Assembly (NCBI RefSeq): GCF_009914755.1
Contig: NC_060943.1
Length of the DNA stretch: 64,000 nt
Strand: one strand, 5' to 3'
Source: the human T2T-CHM13v2.0 reference genome, Homo sapiens
The notes below the pieces were generated by a model. The model was not told the DNA's origin. It worked only from the letters and a program-made list of their open reading frames with translations, and did not search any database. A program made the position numbers and the translations under genes. This document shows, one piece after another, positions 1-64,000 of the stretch; positions within the stretch are counted from its first letter, which is position 1, and every line of letters begins with the position of its first letter.

Positions 1-293
1 ACGATGAGATATGAAAATACCCCAGAGTGAAAATGGGCCAGCAATAATGGAAGCCCCCAGTAGAACCAACTTTTTCTATGGCAAACGGGATTGAAGAGAC
101 TGGAGGAATCAGTATGCCCAGTTTACAGTAAGTTATCATTTAATAAGCAATACTGAAAGAATTAGTTGGAAAGTTTTTAATTTTTTATGCACTATAAATT
201 CAAGAAATTTCAGAGTAGGCAGCGGATGTGGACCAGTGAATGAGTGCTCCATCAAGCAACCTGTCCATTATCAACTTAAAGTAGTGTACACAC

Positions 294-7635
<7,342 letters not shown>

Positions 7636-7819
7636 CTTGCCCAACACATGCAGTTTCTCACTTCAGCAAAGGACTCCTATATCCACAGGACACTTGTGAC
7701 CTGCAGAAAAGGAGAGAGTTGAAATCATAAGCCATAAATATCACCTCCTCTCACTGTCTTGCCTACACATTTGAGTATTTTCGCTTCACAGTACTTCCTG
7801 CTACTTGTGTTAGTACACT

Positions 7820-8126
7820 TTTTTGTTGTTGTTTTGTTTTTTGAGATGGAGTCTCGCTCTGTCCCCCAAGCTGAAGTGCAATGGTGCGATCTCGGCTCAC
7901 TGCAAGCTCCGCCTCCCGGGTTCACGCCATTCTCCTGCCTCAGCCTCTTGAGTAGCTGGGACTACAGGTGCCCGCCACCACGCCCAGCTAGTTTTTTTTG
8001 TATTTTTAGTACAGATGGGGTTTCACCGTGTTAGCCAGGATGGTCTCGATCTCCTGACCTTGTGATCCGCCCGCCTCGGCCTCCCAAAGTGTTGGGATTA
8101 CAGGCGTGAGCCACCGGGCCCGGCCT
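7820..8126 (-). mobile_element. AluY
   Basis: ctgcaagctccgcctcccgggttcacgccattc diagnostic. Confidence 0.95.
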
Positions 8127-8551
8127 CAACTGGGTATTTTCTCTAGCAACCTTACCTAGACTCGAGATCACTGGCTTTCATCCCATCCCAGAAGGAACAA
8201 TGCCATCAGCACCTGATTTATCTGCCTTACTAACAGTGACAGCTGTCCTAGAAAAGTTACAGGTGCATGATGGTACTTACCAACTCACATTCAGAGGGTT
8301 CACCTGAAATGTGAATAAGAAGAACATTGAAGTTAATTAGTCACAGTAAAGATCAAAGACATTTGAGAGATGGGAACGGGGGAAACTAATCAGGGAGAAG
8401 GGGTAACAAAGAGAGAAAATAGAAGTTTCCGCCCATCACGATTTTGGCCACCAGGCAGCTAATGGTGATTGAGACAGATCTGCCACTATTCCCCCATAGA
8501 ACCTGGTCCGGCATGTATGCTGGGTCATGTCAAAATACCAGGTAGTATTGA

Positions 8552-8779
<228 letters not shown>

Positions 8780-9068
8780 CAAAACACTATGCTTGAAGCT
8801 ACTGGTGTGTGACCCCCGAATGTCTCCCAAAGAGAAATCTCCAGAAGAGATGTATGTTAGGACCTACCCTGGCAGCCCAAATTCATTGGACTACTCCAGA
8901 AATTGTTGGAGAAAAGATGGGGAAAGACACACAGAGGAAAACTTGAAACATCATGAAGAAAAGCCCTTTCAGGTATAAGCAGGGAGGATAAAGACTAGGG
9001 GAAAAGCTTATTTGAGAATCAAATGACATTAAGCTATCATTGAACACCCAGTAGAAGCTGAGCAAGGG

Positions 9069-9365
<297 letters not shown>

Positions 9366-9464
9366 TTACTCCATGCTGCACTTTTGTTGTATGTCTCTTG
9401 TTTAAATTTTTAAACCGAGAAGAACTGAGGTATCACATCAGCCACCAACAAACTCCTCCAAGAT

Positions 9465-9950
9465 TATAGGGTTAGGTTCCCGTGAGCCTCTCGTCACATT
9501 TTCATCCACTAGTCAATACATAACCTTGTTTTATATGTGTCTCTGTTTAAGGAAACCTAATTTAATACATATCGTTGATTCATTAACATTGAGCCCACCG
9601 CCAGCAACACTATAGCTCATGCCTGAAAGAAGCTCAGCTAACGCATGCATTTTCTTCAGAACTCACATCCCAGCCTTCTTGTGTGTCGAGCACCAGACAG
9701 AACTTCCACACTACACAAGGGGACGTTTAGACAGCAAAGTCACCGACGAAAAGCCCAGAAATGCAAAAACAGGGCACTAAGTAGACCCACCAGCACTGCC
9801 TTATCTGACCTCAGCTCGAATTTTTCCTGGCTCTGTGCATGTCTGGATGACTTTGAAAGCTCTGCAAATATTGATTTGGGGGTTGCCAGCAGATCTTAGC
9901 GTGTAGATGAATTCACACACATGGAATCCACAAATAAAGAGGATGAACTA
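9465..9950 (-). mobile_element. MER82-like TcMar-Tigger DNA transposon
   Basis: Reverse-complement similarity to the copy at 25779; terminal ...gaatccacaaataaagaggatgaact. Confidence 0.7.
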
Positions 9951-10438
9951 TAATTAGGATGAAGCATGTTGGGTATGAGACCCACATGGTGCCATGAAGT
10001 TATACAGCAAGTAGGCCAAGTACATAGGACTCGAAAGGAAATTCCTCCAAACTTGATGCATGCATCGGATTGAGCCAAGGAGGGTGGGAAGAGGATTAGG
10101 GGGTAGAGCGGTCAGTGAAAACAGCAAGTGCAAAAGCCCTGGAGGGAAAAAAAATACAAGAACAGAGAAATTCAGCTAGAAAATCTCACACAACTGCGGA
10201 ATCCCCTTGGTTGAGGAGATGGAAAGCTCCTAATCGAAGAAGGAAGTGTGTGCGATCAACTTTTGCTCCTAAGAAAACACCAGCAGGATACAGTGGAGTA
10301 AAAGGTCCCAGAGAAAGGTGAAACCTTAGAGCAGAGAGAGGAGACGTCTCTTACCAACCAGACTTTGAATCTCACATGAGTTTCCAGAGGCTGATTCGGG
10401 AAACCCCATAGAAGTAGTCACCGCCACCCCCTCCTCAC

Positions 10439-10568
10439 CTGTGAGCAGCCCTCGGGTCCGTCTGCCTCCTCTTAGCTGTGTCTCGGGGCCTCCTGTTTAT
10501 AGCTCTCTTCCCGCTCCCTTTCCCCAGCACAACTCGGGGTCAGTTGAGAAGCTGACAAGACTCAGCTG
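10439..10568 (-). promoter_or_regulatory. Candidate NLRP13 promoter and non-coding first exon
   Basis: Minus-strand TATAAA 10501-10496; E-boxes 10541-10546 and 10563-10568; donor CAG|gtgagg at 10438. Confidence 0.45.
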
Positions 10569-11658
10569 AGACGTACGATATCTGGTTTTTCTCCTCCAGA
10601 TCTAGATAATCACAGGATTCTTCAGGCTGGGAGGCCAAACTGGGTTTAAAGACCATACTATCCTGAAGTAAATGGAGCCATCCACGCCAGCAAAGAGCCA
10701 CAGATGGGAGTAATGCCTGTGATTACCCCTCCTACCATCTGGGCGACCTCAGGGGGCAATGAAAGAGGAGAGGGAGACAGAGGTCGTGAGACACTAAAAT
10801 CACGGTTGCCGCCACTTACAGGACTGTGTCTTCTTCCAACTGCAGGAGAAATGCTCCTTCCACCATTCCATCATGAATACAAAGGATTTTCCACCGAAGT
10901 CAGGAACAAGATGAGGATAGTCATAACTCCGCTGCTATTCAACATTCTGCTGGAGATGTCAACCAATTCTATCAACAATGTTAGCTAGTTTTAAACTCGG
11001 GTTACAGGCTTTAAACTAGCAATTGGAAAGCAATTAGAGAGAGGTATAATAATTGGAAAGCAACAGGTAAAACTACATTTGCAAACTTGATTATGTACCC
11101 GGACAATGCAAAAGACTGCATGGGAGAACTATCAACAACAAGAGAAATTGGTATTACAGCAGGTAATAAAATAAGTATTCAAAAATCAATAGACTTCAAA
11201 TATGGAAACTCAAAACACTGGAAAAGAATACCCCTATTTACTATAGCAAAAAAAAAAAAAAATGGAAATAAAATGCTTACTTAAAAACTTCAGAAATATC
11301 CAAAACTTATGTAAGAAAAACTATAAAATACATTTCTGCAAGATCCAAAAGTGGACTTAAGCCTTAAAGAAATAAATACCACGTTTTTGCATGGAAAGCT
11401 CAACCTCATAAATATATCACTTCTCTCTAATACAAATACATCAAGGTTTTACCTGGAGGTGCGGAAGTGGATTATAAAATTCAACTGAACAAATCGAATT
11501 TGTAGGAATGGCCTGGAAAATCCTGAAAAGGAGGAATGAGGAGGGACTAAACCTAGCAGATATTAAAATATACCATGAGGCCTTTATGATTAAAATATAG
11601 TATTGGCACATGTGCAAACAGACTGGGCAAAGGAACAGACTAGAAAATCCAGAAATAG

Positions 11659-12028
<370 letters not shown>

Positions 12029-12367
12029 TCATAAGTGAGGGAAATTGACTTTTAATAAGCATGGTGATGCTAGATCTGTTTCCTATACAACAGAATAATT
12101 TTCAAGCACGTCAGAGATTTAAATGCATAAATAAAACTTTAGAAGCACCAGAAGAAAACAATTGAATTCCTCTCAAACCTGATGGTGGGGAAAGCTTTCT
12201 TAGCTAAGATTTAAAATTCAAAAGCAATTAGAGAAAAAATAAACAAATTTTATTACAAATGTTTTTTAAGCATTCATAACAAAAGATGTGTGAAGCAAGG
12301 TAAAAAGACAAACTATAAAATGGTAAATATATTTGCAACTTATATCAGAAAGAGTTTATATGCCTAA

Positions 12368-12679
<312 letters not shown>

Positions 12680-13115
12680 TATATGTCTAATCTATAAAGA
12701 GCTTTGAAAAATTACCAAAATGAAATGGAGAAATTAACAATTGTTTGTAAGCAAAGAAATGCCAATGACTCTTAACCATCTGAAAACATGCTGAATCTCC
12801 TATACAATAAGAGAAATGCAAGTTCAAAATTATACACATTCTTGGCTATTTCCTGTAAACCTAATGAAACTATTTTACCTTTGATTTTCTCTCTGCTGTT
12901 GTCTGAAGACACATCATCATAACCTTTGTGAATATAAAACTCATACATAGCCCGGGCATGATGGCACGTGCCTATAATCCCAGCACTTTGGGAGGCTGAG
13001 GCAGGAGATCCCTTGAGGCCAGAAGTTCAAGACCAGGCCAGGCTGTTTAACCTGTGATACCCCCGTCTCTACAAAAAATTAGCCATGAGTGCTGTCATGC
13101 ACCTATGGTCCCTGT

Positions 13116-13656
13116 CGTCAGAGGCATGTGAACCAGAGCAACTCCATCTTGAAAATGAGCTGGGTAAACTGAGGCTGAGACCTACTGGGCTGCATTCCCA
13201 GATGTCTAAGGCATTCTAAGTCACAGGATGAGATAGGAGGACAGCAAAAAATACAGGTCATAAAGACCTTGCTGATACAATGGGTTGCAGTAATGAAGCC
13301 GCCAAATCCCACCAAAATCAAGATGGCCACGATAGTGACCTCTGGTTGTCCTCACTGCTACACTCCCACCAGAACCATGACAGTTTACAAATGCTGTGGC
13401 AACGTCAGGAAGTTACCCTATATGGTCTAAAAATGGGAGGCATGAATAATCCACCTGTTGTTTAGCATATCATCAAGAAATAACCATAAAAATGGCAACC
13501 AGCAGCCCGAGGGCTGCTCTATGGAGTAGTCATTCTTTATTCCCTTATTTTCCTAATAAACTTGATTTCACTTTACGAACTCACTCTGAATTCTTTCTTG
13601 CAAGAGATCCAAGAACCCTCTCTGGGGATCTGGACCGGGACCCCTTTCCTGTAATG
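13116..13656 (+). mobile_element. MER41 (MER41A-like) ERV1 solo LTR inserted into an old Alu
   Basis: gtcagaggcatgtgaaccagagcaactccatcttgaa...cccctttcctgtaa; 541 bp; 4-bp TSD ctgt/ccgt; Alu halves at ~12950-13115 and 13657-13800. Confidence 0.88.
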
Positions 13657-13847
13657 CCGTTTACTCCAGAGGCTAAGGCAGAAGATTACTTGAGCCCAGG
13701 AAGCCGAGGCTGTAGGGTGAGTTATGATTGCACCACTGCACTTCGTCCTGGGTCATGGAACGAGACCCTGTCTCAAAAATATACAAATAAAATAAAATTG
13801 AAAAAAATTAAAACTCCTATGTAAAAACCGCTGATATTCTATCCTGA

Positions 13848-14241
<394 letters not shown>

Positions 14242-14699
14242 AACTAGTGGTAATTTTTTTAAAAGAAAATTCCTCAAGCCAGCCCTTCCCAACGCCCCCT
14301 CCCTTGTACTCTCTGCTGGTGAGTTTTCCTTCTCCCACAAGCTCTGTCTCTGGGTCTCCCTGAGACTGGGCCCGTTGTATGTGGGACCTAGACTGGGCCC
14401 TGATGATCTTGAGACCCTCCTTTTGCTCGATACAATTATATCCCAAGTAGAAGAGATGAACATGTAAACAAGATGAGCCAGTGAATGACCGGATGTTTCC
14501 AAATGGGAAGTGGCACTTTCGGACTGAACACGGTGTTAGCCTTCTAAGGAGACTGGGAAGCTCTCCAAACATGTAATTTTCTGTTGCTTGTTCTTCTAGA
14601 CCTAAGAAGCAAGGGAAGAGTTTCCTTTACAAATCGGAAGCACCTGTAGGATCAAGACCTGCAGCTCATTCATTCGGAATCAAGGGAGCTAAATGCCTT

Positions 14700-14878
14700 C
14701 CAATCGGTGCAATGCAGAGGAATTCTAGTGAGCCAGCCCCCGCCAATGGGAAGAGAAGGTGCCAATTGTCTGAATTCCCCGGCACCTATAAGGGTTGGGG
14801 GGTGGGGCAGGCCAGGCGATCTCCGTTTTGGGAGATGCTTTTGACAGGAAGGAGCAGGAAGAATAATTCTCTGCAGAG
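14700..14878 (+). promoter_or_regulatory. Candidate NLRP8-direction promoter and non-coding first exon
   Basis: CCAAT at 14700, 14743, 14762; TATAA 14787; G-rich box; donor GAG|gtgagc at 14879. Confidence 0.4.
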
Positions 14879-15839
14879 GTGAGCTTTGTTTTGTTTTGTT
14901 TTGTTCTTTTCTCTTTTCTACCTACTCTTTTCCTCATCATCCACTTCCTTGCAGTTACAATGGCTAGACCCTTGAGTTGGGCGCACCCAGTGGGCCCATA
15001 CTGAAAATCAAAAGTGAGAGCTAGAGATTCAACTGCAAGCATAACCAGCTCTCATTCATAAAATCCTTGCCCATCTCTGAAACTCAGCTTTCCTGACCCC
15101 GAAGTGGAGTCCTAAATTCCCAAGTTTTCTTTCAGCTCTGAGGGTCTGAGAGCCAGGAGACTCATAGCACTAGCAAAATTCTAAGACCTGAAAGAGATGT
15201 CGTGGGGTCTCCAGGTGTCCAGAGGTCTAGGGTAGCCACTGACAGATGTAGTTAGAAAAAAATCAAAATAGCTGTAGACGCGAAGAAGAAATCGCGAGGC
15301 ACAGAGAAAGAAAGCCGCAAGGATTAAGCAGCACTGACTTTGACACTGCCCCTCTGCAAATATTCCTTCTCAATAAACGCAGATGTGTCACCCACACGGC
15401 TCGGCTCGTGGGCTTAGGAATTTGGTCAGGTTCCACCTGCTGGTTTCCAACACTCACAGCTTGGGCTGAATTTACTTAACTTAGTTCAATTTCCGTTTTC
15501 TCCTTTGTAAATTGGACGGAAAGGGATTCATGGGATATAATTCTTACCAAAACGTAGAGTTATATGGACTCTAGGGTGATCAAGACGTGACCACAGAACC
15601 AAATGGAGATGACAGACTTTTATCTTTTAAAAATGTTTACCCGCTAGAATAGCTATGTTTAAAATGGAAAATAATCAGCGTTGGCAAGAATGTGGAGAAA
15701 ATGAAACTTTAGTGCATTGTTGATGGGGATGGGAAATGGAAAATAGTATGGCGATTCCTCCTGCTGACCTCAGGTGAACCGCCCGCCTCGGCCTCCCAAA
15801 GGGCTGGGATTACAGGCATGAGCCACCGCACCCGGCCTG

Positions 15840-16576
<737 letters not shown>

Positions 16577-16597
16577 TAGATGATCCTGATATACTTC

Positions 16598-17430
<833 letters not shown>

Positions 17431-17894
17431 AATAGTCCGTTTGAAATACACAACAAATTATTATGAACTATAGTCACACTACTGTGCTATCAAATGCTAG
17501 AGCTTACTCCTTCTATCCATTGTATTTTTGTACCTATTAACCAACCGCTCTTCATCCAACCCCTCCCACCTGCCTTTCCCATCAATATGTACAATTATCA
17601 CGTACCAATTTTTAAGAATGAGTACAACAAACTGGAATATTTGGGGGTGGCGTATTCTGCCGTCCCTCATTTCTCTGAAAGGCCAGGAACTCCTTGCTCA
17701 GACCCATCAACCACCTGCATCTGGACGTGTGCTCTCCACCCTCTTCCTGCCAAGATCACTTCAGACCCAGCCTGTGTCCTCAATTATACCCCTTCTCCTG
17801 CTGTTATTTCCTCACTTGCCAACACTACTTTTCTCTTCTCTACTCCCTTGAATGTACAGACATCCCACAGCATTTCCATCTTTAGGAAAAAAAA

Positions 17895-18864
<970 letters not shown>

Positions 18865-19321
18865 TCACACTAGTGCAACAACTCACAATTCTTCTTTCCA
18901 GGATTATGTCTATAGCTCCCTACCCTTGTTCTCAGTAGGAGAGCCAGCCAGAAGAATCCTTCTAAAAATTATAGACGTCCCACGCCAGTCCAATCAGGTC
19001 CTGTGTGACCTCTTGAGATCACCTCCACTGTCTTCCCCTTGCCCATTCACCTCCACTCACCCTGGTCCTGCTGTTTCTCAACAGCTCCAGGCACGTCCTG
19101 GCCATAGGGTGGTGGTCCTTGCCCTTCTGTCTGGAACTCATCTGATAGCCACACAGCCCATTCCGTGACCTCTTACCTCCTCCTCTCCTCCAAGCTTTTG
19201 CTCAGACATCCCTGCTTCAGTGAGCCCTTTCGTCAGCCTTTTACAAATCGCAGCAGGCTATTTCTCACTTCCTGTTCTCTCTCGCCTCTCCTTTTTCCCA
19301 TGGTGTGTATAGTCTTCCATC

Positions 19322-19472
19322 GCATCAGTGTGCTCCCATGGGCATGCACACATAAATAAACTTCTGTTTGCTGTGATTTTGTGAATCTGTCTTTCATGAC
19401 CCCAATGTACAAGCCTCCAGCCAATGAATCTAAGATCAATAAAGGGACAGAGAAAAGCTTTTCCTCCCCTAC
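19322..19472 (+). mobile_element. 3' fragment of the same ERV1 LTR family, inverted relative to the 16598 copy
   Basis: aataaacttctgtttgctgtg...gaatctaagatcaataaag...ttttcctcccctaca. Confidence 0.65.
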
Positions 19473-19624
19473 ACTTTATTTTCATTCACTGAAATCTTAG
19501 CCACATGAGGACAACAATTTTTTGTGTATCTTTTGCTCACCAACGTATCCCCAGTGCCAAAAATAGAGAGTTTGGCGTAATATTTGACACTGGGATATTT
19601 CAGTGAGTAAATCCAGAAGGACTG

Positions 19625-21199
<1,575 letters not shown>

Positions 21200-21309
21200 A
21201 GTCCTGCAAATTTCTTAAAGCTGCAGCTCACTGTGGCTGGAACGTGGTCAGCAATGGTCATGGAATAAGTAGAGGTAGAAAATGTGTGACTGTGTTAGGC
21301 TCCTCCATG

Positions 21310-21325
21310 CAGCGCCACCCACTGG
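21310..21325 (-). promoter_or_regulatory. CTCF-like core motif
   Basis: Reverse complement CCAGTGGGTGGCGCTG resembles the CTCF core; lies in unique sequence between Alus. Confidence 0.35.
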
Positions 21326-21427
21326 ACGGAAGGAGCACTAGCAAGAGTCAGCCACCCAGGAGCATATCACCTTTGTCCTGGGACCAAGCCCAGCTACTCT
21401 GGACCCAAGGGAGGACTGAGTCAATTA

Positions 21428-22625
<1,198 letters not shown>

Positions 22626-23214
22626 CATGATCCATTTTTTAAGAATACAGCATCTGTTATTGCTTGACTTTTTAATAATCACCATTCTGACTGGTGTGAG
22701 ATGACATCTCGTTGTGGTTTTGATTTGCATCTCTCTAATACATGATCCATTTTTTTAAGAATAAAAACTTTGTTGAATTTGAGATCACTTTTAATCTAAT
22801 GGAGCCTTCTAACCAACCATATATTTTCTAGATTTTAGCTTCACTGAATTATTTTACCTGCTTCTAATTTTTCTTTTCGCTAAACCTTTTGTGAAGGCTT
22901 TGATATTTTGCTTGCCTCTTCCCCAAAAGAAGTCATGGAGAATAGAAACTACAAACAATCCATTAGTCTAATGGACTAATCCCAAACATTCCATGCATCT
23001 TCAGTTTTTCCATAGGGCAGAGAATCTTTGAGGAAAGGAGGTAAAGGGAGTACCCGGCACGCAGAATACCTGCCAAGTAAGCATTACACGAATCTGTTTT
23101 CTTGGGTAGTGTTTTCATCTTCTTGTTTTATTGTTTTATGTCTCTGCAGGTCTCGTGTTTCTCTCTTCCAATCGGTTGTCTTTATCGTGGACACTGAGGT
23201 GTTCTCTGCCTTGA

Positions 23215-63268
<40,054 letters not shown>

Positions 63269-63435
63269 TTGATCAGTTCCCACTCTGACAACTGGCAAAT
63301 ACCGGGCGTTATCATCCTGTATGCATTAACGTACTTTCCCCTGAAACAGAGCAACCCAGTCAACACCACAGAACCTCAGCTTTGAACCCTGGAGTGAGGA
63401 CGGTGATGCCCTGTGTATATTAATATGCTATGTAA

Positions 63436-63802
<367 letters not shown>

Positions 63803-64000
63803 AAAGTTTAAATGAAATGCTTTGAGTCACCTAAGACAGGATATAGACAAAGTCTTCATCGTCTTCTTGCTTCTTCTACCTTTATTTATTCTCAGCTCTG
63901 AATGTATGAACCTGCTCAATCACCTCATCTTAAAAAAATCACTGTCCCTAGACCATACTCGTTTCCTTACCCACCCCTGAGGCTTTTGTTTTTACAGCCC

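Overview
Primate (human-like) genomic DNA from the NLRP gene cluster; chr19q13.43 is recalled, not looked up. The minus strand carries the 5' end of NLRP13: coding exon 1 (pyrin domain, 7317-7635) and a 69-nt acidic linker exon (294-362). About 15.6 kb away, head-to-head on the plus strand, lies the whole coding region of NLRP8. I reconstructed it by hand as 10 coding exons with canonical GT-AG sites and a continuous frame (PYD, linker, NACHT, six phase-2 LRR exons, terminal exon). Most of the remainder is transposon-derived: more than 50 Alus, L1s, MIR/L2, solo LTRs and DNA transposons. Nearly all other ORFs in the track are repeat artefacts. Main leads: (1) an in-frame, NLRP-like alternative terminal exon inside NLRP8 intron 9 (56397-56496); (2) an E-box/CCAAT/GC-box promoter-like module with splice donors in the last intron, suggesting the conventional exon 10 may double as a 5'UTR exon of a downstream gene (probably NLRP5); (3) apparent stop-loss (TAC at codon 1049, giving 1058 aa) plus missense differences from the recalled reference; (4) both genes' first coding exons begin at splice acceptors, with candidate TATA-bearing non-coding first exons in the intergenic region; (5) two L1 insertions with 3' transductions and 5' inversions, a MER85 with an intact palindrome, and a near-perfect 115-bp duplication just upstream of NLRP8. 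Repeat boundaries are approximate and subfamily names come from recalled consensus sequences.
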